Under the pieces are notes generated by a model. It saw only the letters and a list, made by a program, of their open reading frames with translations, did not search any database and had not been told where the DNA came from. 64,000 nucleotides of DNA from Mizuhopecten yessoensis (taxonomy: Eukaryota). The stretch lies in NCBI RefSeq assembly GCF_002113885.1, contig NW_018404492.1, positions 2,588,506-2,652,505 of the forward strand. The letters are read 5' to 3'. Shown piece by piece: positions 10,201-23,572 of this stretch (its first letter is position 1; each line of letters begins with the position of its first letter). The translations under genes and the position numbers were made by a program.

Positions 10201-13069
10201 CTAGATGCAGAAAAAATAAGCACAAGTTGTAGAAACCCGTTAAGAAATAAATACATAAAACTGCATAAAAATAATTATTCTCGAACCCTTTTTGAGCAGT
10301 ATCCATATACATGTATAATGAAGCTATATTGATATAACCACAATACACAACTTAACAAAGATTTGCTAATGTTTCCATTATTGATAAACATATATACGGT
10401 GTATAGAGTTATGTCTTCTATATCATTGAACACAGCAAATCTAAAAGTATGGTTTGTAAAATGAAATTATGTTTTTACATTATTGACAAAGTTTTATATG
10501 GTACAGCGTATGTTCGATGACGCAATAATATTGATACAAACATATACATGGTATGTACAAATGTATTAGATTTCTATATTATTTATATAAACATATACAC
10601 CATATGATCATTGTATTACATTCTTACATTATTGATACAAACATATACATGATATATGCTCTGAAGCTATATTTCTACATTATTGATATATATAGGATCT
10701 TTAATGAGTTTTCATTTCATATGAGATTTTATGAAACGAGTCCTAGGACTTTTTATTTTTGCGATCCTTGGCGAGCAAAAATTAAAACTTCGAGACGAGT
10801 TTCAATTGATGACGTCACGTCATTGTCCATATAATGACGTCACAATCGATTTCTGACTGGCACAGCCAATGAAAAACGCTCTAGGGAATATTACACTAGT
10901 GACATATGTAAAAATATTACATGGGGGAATTCACTGGATAACAGGCCGAGTATGTGATAAAAACATATACATTATGTTATATCTATATACATGTATCTTG
11001 TATGTCACCTTATAAGTTATGTACATTTTTGTATATGCATTATCAATGACACGTTATTTAATCATACATACCTGTTACTGTGTTGATGTATTAGTACATT
11101 CTGTCTTAACATTAAACATTATTACATATCCCTGTATATCTGTCGTCTGTATTATTATTGAGAAGCAAGGTAACGAATCCATTTGTCTCCATTGATACTA
11201 TTTACGTCAATAAATTTCTAGTTTGTGTAAAAGTGTTTACATTTTACTTAAAACTGTCAACTTTTTACGTGTCCCAAAATAACTTAAAATTGTTGATGTC
11301 CATAAAAAAACAAGACCAAAAAAACCTTTTTAGCTTAAAAGCTACTTTTCATGAAAAATAACACCATATTATTACGTAAAGTAAACGTTTTTATGTAAAG
11401 ATGTCTTCACTATTCTAATGTCATTATTTTTTCTAGGGTTGTCAAAATATATAAGAAAACCAGTATGTCACAATACACAGGCACATTGTATCCTATCGCA
11501 ATAAAGAAATGAAATCGCCAAACCATCGAAATGTTTTTTAAAAGCTTATTTTTATGTCTCTGTTGGGTGCTTTGCAAAACACTACACATGGTAACAGTAA
11601 TTGCAATGACCATCAATCGGCTTTTACTAGTCGTGGGAATCAACCTATACATTTGTGTGACCCATATGATATATGCTTCAGATTGGCAACCTTCTGACAG
11701 CAATTTAATTTAAAATCCTTTCTGTATATTGTATTATAGCATCATACACTCCAGACGTATTGTGACGCTACTAATATTTCCTTTTTAAGCCGCTCCTGAA
11801 ATGACGAACCCACTTTCGTTCGGGTGCGTGCGCATAATTCAGACTTGCATGCTTCCGCTATATAGTTTCGTTATCAATGTGTAGTATTCATAATCCATAC
11901 TTTAAATAATTGCTGAAAATGTTTATCTCCGGAGCATTCTGCGAGTGTTGTGGTGGTGAAATTCGTGCACTGGGTTTGAGCGTTTTAGCTGGGGAGGTTT
12001 ACGCATGTGAAATACATATGATTCGAAAAAGCACATGTGAAGTCTGTCAAGCATTGACGGTGTCTGTAGAAGGAAGACGTTAATATATATACTTATAAAC
12101 CGTATGAGTGATGAAGTATTACCTTTATTTTGATGTTTAAAACGGAAACGTCATATGACATATCGTGCCGCCTTAGCTAGGTTGATAACGGTAATGGCTC
12201 TTGAGACGAGACGATATGTGTGAACCGTGTATGCTTATCAAACATTTCTGTAACACAGCATGCTTTTTCTGGTGTATTTATTTATGCAAATGTTACAATT
12301 TAAGAACATGACACAAATGCCGCTGCTGTTTGACAAGAATTCGCGCCGTATCAAAATATTATCCAATCCGGTGTAAGGGAAATAACTCTTACGTTGGTAA
12401 AGTCGCATTGAGAGATATAATTCAAATATATTCCAAGAACATTTGTGAGATTTTGTATATTCAATGACAGTAAATAAAGTCACTACATGTATTAATAATT
12501 ATTATTAATATGAATAAAAAATAAATAGAATTAAAAGGAGTACAATGTCTCTTTTCTCCATGCATGTTTTCCCACTACTGTTATCAATTATCTTTCATTT
12601 CACAAGCACAAATGTACCTACTTCTTCCATTCACCGATTGCCATTATGCACGTAAATGCTCATGTCACATCATCGGAGGATGCTAATTAATGAAAATTAT
12701 AACAACGCGTCACACTTAAAGAGGGTGAAAAAGAGGAGAGGGAGAATGTTTTTAAGGCATCATTTAACAGGTGATTGATTTTGGAAATTCCAAAGGCAAC
12801 ATCATCACATGACCTGATTTTCAATTAGCAGAATACAGAACAAATATCTGAGGTATTATAGTAGATATTGATGCTGAACGTGTTACTGAAGCAATTAAAT
12901 TTAAAGTGGTGAGCGGCTTTAATGTCACACTGACATAATTCTAGTTTATGTTATTATTCAAACATACATTCGGTCAGCATACTTACACATTTCCTTACCG
13001 ACTAAATACAGTATTGTCATCCACAGGCACCTTACTAGCGTAGATGACTATACGTATACTATATTGTAG

Positions 13070-13218
13070 TAGTACCGGAAGGGATACTGTTAGTCTGAAA
13101 CTCAAGTCGTATGGCAACAACGGAAGTTACATATGTACATCAATTAAGTCAAGCGGAAGTAGTAAATTGCTGTAGCACAGATCTACCTAAGCCGTATCTG
13201 CTTCATTTATCAGTAAGT
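13070..13218 (+). promoter_or_regulatory. Candidate promoter: ETS-type sites plus X-box-like motif, followed by a splice donor
   Basis: CCGGAAG 13075, CGGAAGT 13121 and 13154, GTCGTATGGCAAC 13106, donor GTAAGT 13213. Motif-level evidence only. Confidence 0.3.
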
Positions 13219-14022
13219 AGATTAGGAATTGCAGTGTAAAACGCGTAAGGAAAACAAGTTTAAATATCATACATGACAATAGGTTTGGCAAATATATAGA
13301 TATCAATAGACACTTGGACATCAATCAATGGGTCAACAATGGGTCAATCAATGCGTCAGTCAATGCGTCAATCAAAGATAGGAAAATCAATGAAAGTTGA
13401 GAATGACTGATTACAAAATAATGGCAATACGGATAACAACACAATCTACAATCATGAATACATAATTCTCTGAACTCATCTTCATACATTTAAAAATTCA
13501 TGTCATAATAAACGTTCATACATGTATCTCCCTTTTACAACCCATTCGTGTACGTGTTGTACACCTGCATATTTGTATGTACGATAAACCACAGATGCAA
13601 GTAACCTGTATTTAAAAGTGCCTATGTAGTCAAAGGTCAAAATCACCAGTCAAGGTCAAGACCTTACTGATCAGTGGAGGCTGATGAATGGAGGTCGTAC
13701 ACATATTTAGCTTCACATTTCGTATCTATATGAAGGAAATGGTGGCCGGAGTGTCATTATTCCCCGCTACATGTTGGAGATATCCGACGTCTATATATAT
13801 ACTGAACTGTGGAAAGTCATCAATCCTATAGTTGAACATGGCAAGACACCAATCGCGGATAGGGTTCGTAACCAGGCCTCTTTAATTCCCTAGGTCGGGG
13901 ATCAAAGATAAGGTCGCATATGCATTGCCCCCATAGTGCATTTTGTGCAAATTGTTTCGTAAAAAACTGGGTTAGTTAAAAAAAAAACACGCTTTCAATT
14001 GCGTAAATGTTGCAATATCAAC

Positions 14023-14100
14023 ATATCGGGGAGATTTCCGGCAATCTTCGGATTTTCGAAGATTCCCGGAACCGAAGATAGCAGGAAATCTCTCCGATAT
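14023..14100. other. Isolated inverted repeat / hairpin with 29-bp arms
   Basis: atatcggggagatttccggcaatcttcgg versus reverse complement of ccgaagatagcaggaaatctctccgatat: 26/29 match. Confidence 0.85.
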
Positions 14101-15029
14101 TGCGATAGTGTAATGTTGTTTAGGAGTTATATCTCTCTTCAATCATATCACTGGTTGTAGACCGGCAAGATCTGAACTCAATCACACCGGTAATTGATAG
14201 TTGTAATATCATATAAGGCATAACGACGATTGTTTTGATTGGGAGTAGAATACTAATTTACCTAATGTGTAACACGTATCTTGGGTAGAACAACATCAGA
14301 ATCCACCGTGTGCTCTCTATCTTTTCATATTATCTTTGCGTTCATCCGGCATGATCATTGAAAATGCTGTTCAATACATATATTTCCATTCTAAATGTTA
14401 TAGTTATTAATGACCTAAATATAGGTTTTCCGTAAAGATTTGAGGATTATTTGAGGCGAGAGGAGAAGCTTCAAAATGACGCTGATCAAAATGAGTTCAT
14501 AGCACTATGAACGCATTTTTCTTCTTCAATTGAACTTACAGTTGAAATGTCAAAATACTTAAATTGACGCGGCAAAACGATAGTCCAGAATATACGTACG
14601 CCAACCATTAAATGATGAAAGAATAATAAATTTTGATACAGGAAAGAGATGAATTAAGGACAGACAACACAGTATTTGAAACTGAGGGTTGACATGAGAT
14701 GGCCACATGCACAGTACATCGATAGGGAGAGGTGACCCGATATATTGACAGTGCAAATAAAGGACAGATGACCGGGGTTAGAAAAACCCTGAGATAGCCG
14801 CAGTAAATGGAATTTTTTCCCACTTCAAACTGCTGAAAATAAACCATAAATTGAGAAGTTTACATTACGTGCTATATATTAAACGGGCATCGAACCTGGG
14901 CTCGTAATTGCGCCGATTAAGAAGAGATTGTAAGCTGATTAAACATTGATTTACAATTTCCGCCTGGGGGTTAGAAACTGCTCAAACACTTGAGTGATAG
15001 AGATGAGATGCTGAGTCTGTCCTGTCATT

Positions 15030-15565
15030 CCTAGAAAAAGATGGCGGATGTTTTGAAACGGTAAAATAATTATTTTAGTTAAGTTTGATTTGTTCTCTCC
15101 TTCCAAACGTATTAAAGTTGCTGTTGTGACAATAAGACACAACAGACGTAATATCTGCACACCGTACATTGGGAATGACCCAGATAACATTTCATTTACA
15201 GCCACATTTGACCAAATGGCGGGCTGGCGAGTGGCGCGAAAACGGCTACTTATAAAACAGTAACGTATTGGTTTGACGAGTTTGATAAACGACATCTCAT
15301 TTTGAAACATGTTATTTTAAAAAAATACAGCATAGGCAATGCGTGAAATAAAAAGAATTATGCTGAAGTTATGATCTGTAACTAAACTTACATTGGTTTG
15401 TAGGCCGAGGCTGCTTGGTCGGATAACGGGAATGAATCTCTGAAAAAAGGCGTGAAAATATCCAGGGAGCCAGTCAAAAATGCAGAGAAGTGGGAGAATG
15501 GTCCGTTCTACGTTCGTTGTTGTGTCATTTACAGTTTCATCCCTTCAACGACGACCCAGGTAATG
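15030..15565 (+). promoter_or_regulatory. Candidate CpG-enriched promoter / first-exon region (possibly of the ADGRV1-like gene)
   Basis: YY1-type AAGATGGCGG (~15038) and AAATGGCGG (~15213), E2F-type GGCGCGAAA (~15233), donor-like CAG|GTAATG at 15560. Confidence 0.35.
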
Positions 15566-18500
15566 TGAAAAATAAATCCGTCTTGATAGCCTTACAAGTT
15601 TGTACAGGGGAGGTAACTGTGAATTAACGTCGTGCAGTTATACTGAAATAGGGTGATCTCTTAATGATGCATATCATATACAAGTGTTTTGTTATGAGTC
15701 AATGACAAATTGATTTGGAAAACAAAGGATTGATATACTTAACGATAAGTTATTCAGTGACATATTGAACTGAAAATATAGATTTTCTTTTATGTCATTT
15801 TGTTGAAAAATAATAATAATAATAATAAAAAACAAATGAAAGATTTTACAGTATGCACTGTCAAATTTAAGACTAAAATGTTATCTACGTAGAAAAAAAA
15901 AATCATGCAATTTTTTTTAATTATGCGAATTTATAACATTTTAAATATTTTTGGTAATTTTAACCAAAACGGCTAGAGGAAAACTTAATAAATAATATCG
16001 ATACCATTATATTCATTATATATTAAAATCTTATTTTTGTTTCCTAAATATGTGTATGCCTATGGGAACATCTACACCTATATTCAAATTGAAAAATAGG
16101 GGATAGCATATATGTATAATCATGGTGATTTCACTAATAAATATATACATTCATCATTTCTCTAAATCATACAATTGTGGTCATGAATTTTTTTTGGTCA
16201 TTGTATAAATAGAGAGTATCGGATACTTGGTGATCCATGCCGCAGCTATGATGACTTCAAGAAACTATCCAAGGTTTGTGCGCTGAATGTTTGTCTGGCG
16301 AGGTTTCTCCAGTGTGTGTCATTGATCTTGAAATAATTTTTTTTTTTTTTTAGTTGAATCAACAGAAAGAATGTCAATTCAATAAACCACATTACAATTA
16401 TATCAAACTGCAAAAAATAAAAAGAATATATTTCTAAACATTTTCTTCAGATTGGTAAATATGGATTGTGAAAAGATTCATGTAGCACAACCAATAAGTA
16501 TTGGTATGTTATGATTATTGGTGTTTTATATTTTCTGCCATTTAATAATCTTAAATAAGTTTTAAAAATTTAGTTCTTGTATACTGTATAATAATAAATT
16601 GGTACCACAGTCAGTACCATGCATACATTAATGTTGATGTAATAGATTTTAATCAATGAAAATTGTAAATGTTTAATAATTATGGAAAGCATCACCTGTT
16701 GTACCTGTACATGTATTACATAGCTGTGAACCTGTTGGGAAAGTGTTACAGACATCATTAGATCATATATGGCTGAAATGTTTGTTTGATGTCAGATTGA
16801 AAATTTGTTTATTAAGTTTCAGGATGCCATATATGACACACGATGAGACTAACGGTTCACCTGCAGTAAGCATTTATTGATTTGTAACAGTAGTGGAAAA
16901 GCGTGATTGCAAGACTTGGATTTGAACTGAGACCTCTGGATTCTATAATCAACTTAAGTACCCAGTCACAAGCCTGGTCCAGTTCATGTGCACCTGCATA
17001 AGTACTGGTAGGTTAAACTAGGTTTGTACATATGTTTTCTTGCAGGGTATGTGTTGCAGCTATTGATTTGCGCATGCATGAGTAAATATTTCATATATGT
17101 ATACCCCGGTAAGTTAATGTGTGAATAAATGTGCATGAACAAAAATAGGTGAAGAATAGTGTTCATATTTCTATGTTAGTATTAGTATTCTGAATGTGAA
17201 ACAGTGCTCCATTGGAAGGTTGCATATGTACGCACAAGTAATCACTTTTGGCATTTCATTTCTCTTGTGCTCTAATGATATAGAATTGTAAAAAAAAATC
17301 ACTCTTACTACAACCACGGAATTAGATTATCTAAGTCCTTGCTACAACGGTTACCATGTGAGTATTTGTTAGTTTCTCTTAATTTTATACGCCAAAGGTC
17401 AAAATAATTATTTTGTGTGTGCACAAAATTTTAATGAAAAACAGTATCCACTTAGCGGTATTTACATTTTGACTATTTTAATAGGTGTACTATGGGGATG
17501 AACATTTTATAGGACACTGGTTATAGTAAATGGACTAGGAGAAAATTAAATCATTTTGAAATGAAATTGAACTTGGACTTGTTTCCAGTGTTCTTGCTAT
17601 AATGTCCAACTGGTGATTGATTTTCAAAAGTAGATAGTTGAATGCAGATTGGTCTTACTGCATACAAAAAACATAATGACACGAAAACTGGCTATTTTGC
17701 CAGCAACTGGCTTTTAATGAGAACACTAGCTAATACAGTCTTGACTAATAATTGTACAGATTATAATGGTGAATTGGTCAATATTTTGGGTAAAGTAACA
17801 CTCCGTATAACATTGTTCCTTTTTGGTTTAATGAGCCTAAAACATTTACCGTTCATTAATGATAATTAGATTATCATCAATTATATTAATTCATTAATGA
17901 TTATACAAATATACAATAATTTGTTTTCGGTGATTTTTTTTGTTCACTTTTACTGCCAAATATACGGTCAATACAGGCTGTTTCCCCTTGATAAAATGTG
18001 CCTTAGTTTCCCCAAAAAACCCAAGCCTGGGGAATGTATTCCCAATTTCAATACAAATGATGCGATATTTTCCCAATTCATAAAGGAACAGGCTTTTGTA
18101 AATTTTAGGTAACAAAAACACTGGTTTCGTTTATAATGAAATGAAAAAAAAGACTTATAAAAGGTCTACATACATCAATAGATATATTTTGTTAAATGAG
18201 AACAGGCCCTGTGCTAATAGTAAATGATTTACTATGGTATATATACTAACACGGATATATGAGCGACGTGAATACTGTTGACATTTAAAAGTTGGTATTA
18301 CTTAGCCTAGCTTGAACTATCGGCTTCCGTTACCACAACTCTCATTAGGCAGTAATTAAATCATGGTAATATATTTCGTATCCTGAAAGCTTCTATATTT
18401 ATTCCTGAACGGTTGCAGAAGATGCTATCACAATTTTCGGATATATTTTGTTTTCTAGTGGCAAAATATACAGAAACAATTTTTACTAGAAAACAATGAT

Positions 18501-18624
18501 AATACTTTTTGCATATGCAGTATGTTTAAAATGGACTTAGAATATAAATATGATTTATAATGGCTTTCAATACTAATTGATAGACTGATGTTTGTAAAAA
18601 AAATCAATTAAAAAAATAAAACAT

Positions 18625-18905
18625 TGTTGTGACCTGGATAAAATGAACAGTTATGGAAATAAAACAAAATTATTGTAAACTGGATAAAATGAACATTTAT
18701 GGAAAATAAAACAAAATGATTGTAAACTGGATAAAATAAACATTTACGGAAAATAAAACAAAATTATTGTGAATCAGAAAAAATGAACAGTTATGGAAAA
18801 TAAAACAAAATTGTTGTGAACTGGATAAAATGAACAGTTATTGAAAATAAAACAAAATTGTTGTGAACTGGATAAAATGGACAGGTATGGAAAATAAAAC
18901 AAAAT
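18625..18905. repeat. 47-bp minisatellite, ~6 copies
   Basis: Unit ctggataaaatgaacagttatggaaaataaaacaaaattgttgtgaa. Confidence 0.9.
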
Positions 18906-19909
18906 TAAATATTTCTTTTACTGAACGGACAATTTTAGAGATAAGTTTTAAGACTGCTCATTACAGCTCTTCAGAAAATATTTTCAGGAATTAAAAAAAA
19001 AAAGTTAAGGATCAGATCTTTTATTGACTGTAATGCCTGAGCTAGAGTCTATTTCTAAGATCGCGGTGTTGTAATCCTGCTATTTGGCAGCCATGCATGA
19101 AATTTTCCCACATCTGTTACATACTCCTGGATACAGCTGGTTGATTGATCAGCTAGTTAGCTGTAAAGAACAAATGACACCTTTGTTTGGTCTGCCTCTT
19201 GGATAAACCCCCTGAAGCTGTACCGTGCTGTTATTCATGAGCATACTTCCATGGTAATGTTTGTATGAAAATCAATGTTAGGTATTTCCCATAGAAAGTG
19301 TGGGCAACAGAAGTTTGAAGCTTTATGTAATGTGTCAGGAGAGATTTGTGTTAATGTGTTGTGCTGGGGAAGATAACATACATTGGAAGTTAAATTTCTC
19401 TGGTTTTTGTTCGGGAATATGAGGAAAATGTATCGAGACTCCAAGAATTATAGCATAAGTTAAAAAGGTAAGTGTTTACCAGCTTTAAGCTCAACTACAA
19501 ACTACCAGCTGTCTGAGTCCCAAAGTATTGTATTTGTAAACAAATGTTATCAAAGTTTATATAAGGGAACAGAATATATTATACCTTCAAGCTAGCCGTA
19601 AATGAATTTAAGTTACCAGATACAATAGACATTTAGTTTAATACTGCTGTTGTATATATTCCTTTTTATAAATATGGAAATGATTATGTGACATTTTATT
19701 TTTTATTTGTTAAGGTTTATGGTAGAAGAATGGGGCTATATCTTTGACATAAGTAGCCCCCCTCCTCCATTTGAGAAAAATAGGGTGCGGCGTGTGACCC
19801 TAACTATTCTAAAACAGCAATTATCAGCTAGCTGTGTTCCCTCCTCCTTCTCCTGTCCATGTATATCATAAATCATAACAACTCCAGAATGTTTTGTAGA
19901 AAGTGTACA

Positions 19910-20085
19910 AAATGGTCCATACCCTTGTCAGAGTCATACAAAGTGGTCCAGACCCTTGTCTGTAGTCATACTAAGTGGTCCAGACCCTCGTCTGTAGTCA
20001 TACTTAGTGGTCCAGACCCTTGTCTGTAGTCATACTAAGTGGTCCAGACCCTTGTCCATATCATACAAAGTGGTCCAGATCCTCC
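19910..20085. repeat. ~32-bp minisatellite, ~5 copies
   Basis: Unit gtggtccagacccttgtctgtagtcatactaa. Confidence 0.85.
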
Positions 20086-20744
20086 CTCGTACATAACTAT
20101 ATACAAGCCATACTTAGTGGACCCATCACTGGTACATCATAAGAACCAAGTGATCCAATCCTTCCCTGGAACAGTGTCCAGGTATAGACTTAAGGTAAGG
20201 CCAAAGGCTGAGGTGAACAATGCTCAGACTAGGTCCATACATCATGGATAGACCTAAGCTTAAGTCTTCAATTGTTTTATTTTGACCCACTCATATCTCA
20301 TTTAACATTTAAATTACTCAAAACCAGAATAAATGATGAATAGTCTGCCACAATTTTTCCTTGTCTTGGAATAACACTTTTCAGATTTGTGACGTCACAT
20401 GTCAGACATCTCTTCTCCTATATGTAAGCAACAGGCTAGGACAGGATTCAAACCCATGATCTCCAATCATAATACTGTTGCTCTATTCCTAATAAACCAA
20501 CTATCAGAGTGGAGAATTTGCAACAGGCAAATTGTATTTTTAGAATGTGGCCAGTAAGAGATTTACAGACCTGCAAATTGGAAATACTCTGACCTACTTT
20601 TAGTAACAGTCTGTAATACTTTTTCTAGACTTAGAATATGGTCTGTAATGTATTTACGGTGTACAAACTGGTCACATGATGCTATTCCTCTAGTTAGAGT
20701 AAGAAATTAGAAACAGCCAACAGGCATAAAATAACAAGTCATCT

Positions 20745-21185
20745 AGATCCTTACTGTTCCAGACTTTCATTCCAGTGATCAAGACCCTCACTGAGTACAT
20801 TACTTGTAACAAGTGCTTCAGACCCTCACAGGGTACATCACCAGTAAAAAGTGGCCCAGAGGTTCAGACCTGCACTCCAGTGGTCCAGACCCTCACTGGG
20901 TACATCAAAAGTAACAAGTTGCCCAGAGGTTCAGACCTGCTCTCCAGTGGTCCAGACCCTCACTGGGTAAATCAAAAGTAACAAGTTGCCCAGAGGTTAA
21001 GACCTGCACTCCAGTGGTCCAGACTTTATTGGTCCAGACCTTCTCTGCAGTGGTCAAGACCCTCACTGCACATCAAAAGTGGTCCAGACCTTTTCTCTTT
21101 CATCACCAGTAACATGTGTTCCAGATCTTCACTCTACTGGTCCAGATCCGTTTTGTCACATCACCAGTAACAAGTGGTCCAGACT
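20745..21185. repeat. Degenerate repeat array sharing the gtggtccagacc core (includes ~67-bp units)
   Basis: ccagaggttcagacctgcactccagtggtccagaccctcactggg repeated about three times plus decayed copies. Confidence 0.75.
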
Positions 21186-22113
21186 TCTAAGAATCGTGGC
21201 AGGAAAAGAAATAGTAGTGTTCTAAGATACATAATTAATCAAGGTAGCTAAATCTAATTATTTACCTGGCATTCCTTAACGACCACTTCTGGATGATATG
21301 TAAATATTTCATGAGGTTAGCCCTGTGCCTGTGTACCTGGAAAGTTAATCAATGTTTACCTGACTTATATCATAGGTATGACCATCTGCTAGGGAAGGGA
21401 TCAGAAATCAATTCAGCAGTGGGTTACTTCTACACTAGACACAAGACGGCATTCAGGATTACTTTAATTGATGTACATGAAGTGACGAAGATGCTGGTGA
21501 TTTATATTTCAAGGGATATTTAATAAATCAAGAAACAGTTGGATTATTATTGCATATAAGGTAAGTTACATGTTGGCTTAATTGTAATCAGAGTTTGGCC
21601 TGTCTTGGTGTAGTACTGTACCCATGTGTGCAGTAATTGCTAGGATAAACATGCATGTTCTGAGAAGTTATATATTTATCAAGATGGCGTTGTTAAATTC
21701 TATCAGAAAATGCATCCTTAGTCATCACTCAATAACATAACATTGTAAGAGATATACTGTAATATATTACGCACAAAACTTCACAAAATGTAATGAGGAC
21801 ATTTCAGAAAATTCCGGTACCATGACGTGTTAAATGAATCGTGTGGATAGATACAATAACAGAAATTATGAGAAATAACTAGTCTTTATTCTTATCATGC
21901 CACCATATTCACCTGACCTCAGCTGTTGCGAGGATGTTAAACTCATAACAAAAAACTTGTTATGCCATATATATATACCTTAACAAATGAAAACACCACT
22001 TCCCAGGTTTACGAAAATTTAAATTGCGCACATCTTCTCAAAGCAAGCATTCATATTCATGTGTGCCTTTCAAATATGTCACCAATTCTTGTGTAGTATG
22101 AGCACAAAAATGC

Positions 22114-22220
22114 ATGACCAGACCAGGATTGAAACCTAGGACCCGCTGAAATCTAGTGGACAGTCTACCAATTGAGCTACCTGGTCACCCCTGCTTGACC
22201 CAGTCCATTTCTGCTGCACT
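22114..22220 (-). mobile_element. Short tRNA-derived SINE-like repeat (related decayed copies near 16900, 20430, 27790, 28160)
   Basis: Minus strand has A-box TAGCTCAATTGGTAGA and B-box-like GGTTTCAATCC, but stems do not complete a cloverleaf. Confidence 0.5.
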
Positions 22221-23572
22221 TGTGTACCATATATGACATAAATTCTTTTGTTGTACCCTTTCAAATATCATCAATCGGTTTTGTTATGCTTGTTATTACC
22301 ATCCCTAGTAGCCATTTACAGACCAAATCTTAATGTGGAACTATTTTCTCACATGTCACAGAGTACCATAGATATGTACAATGTATTAGGTTTTTATGCA
22401 CCCACCATAACATGGGGGTGAGGGGTGCATGTAGTATTGCCCATATCTGTCCCATCCTGTCCCGTCCCATCGTGTTTCAACCGATCAAAGTTTATACAGA
22501 TTTCTGAAGTATGATAATACCTCGAATGTGTACATATTTCAGGGTGTTTATGTTAAAATCAAAGTCGTTATAACTATTTATAGAACATTATCAAACACTT
22601 AAACTAATACAAATGCAGAAATTTTGATTTGAAAAAAAATGGCAAAATTAGCATCATGTAACCGATGTACGCTATATACAGTAGTTGAGTCATTCTGAAA
22701 GAAGAAAAAATGTTTAAAAAGCTGAACAAAAATGTTGGTGTTCCAAAGAGTTGTTTATTTTATCGTTTATCATAAGGCCATAAATAGATTATCTGTCTTT
22801 CTAGTTGTCCAATTTTTACAAACTTTTTTAAGCCACTCACAGTCATTATCTGCGAATATTCAATTACATTATCAATCGTGGTTGATTTTGATTGGGTGAA
22901 CTTTAAATCTACATCATTGACAGAAGAAAGGTACAGGGGATCGTTGGAATTAGATATATACATGTAGCAAAAGGCTTACATTTCTGGTTTATAACCTGTT
23001 GGACATCTGGAGGTGTCATAAAAAGCCAATATACAGCGTTGTGCAGTGTATTACCTTTCTTTTATTATGATTACATGTATGCGTATGTAACAAGCAAAAA
23101 TTTACTGCTCTTTCTAGTCAACATAAAAAATGCTGAATAAGATTACTTCTGATGGAAGCATATATGTGACTGTTTCAATATTGTGCATAAAAAGGTCATA
23201 TTGATTATTTAGTGTAAATAATGCATTGCTTGTATTATTAACTGTACTATTCATGTAATTATTTCATGTGCTCATGACTATAGAAAGCAAACCAGTTCTT
23301 TCAACTGAGGGGGCAAAAGTTACAAATCCAAATGTGTTGAAAGTTGATGAATAACAATTCCATGATGTTTTCAGTGCATTTAGTCAGAGCCCTTTATTCA
23401 CAGAGACAGTTTAAGAACAAATTAAATATAGCTCAACAAGGTTCTCATACCTGCCAACCCCGGTTATACTAAAAGAGGGTGATGACCCGCGATGGCTTTT
23501 TTCGCAACAAATATAAGAAAAATTGATATTAAATTATTTATAACTTAAATATTTTAATGATGTAAAAGTTAC

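Noticed and set aside
10553-12483. Short AT-rich ORFs between the two genes
   Set aside because: Low-complexity Y/I/F/L-rich translations with no consistent splice chain or domain.
22114-22188. tRNA gene on minus strand
   Set aside because: A and B boxes are present but stems are broken and decayed relatives with a shared leader are dispersed in the window; treated as SINE-like.
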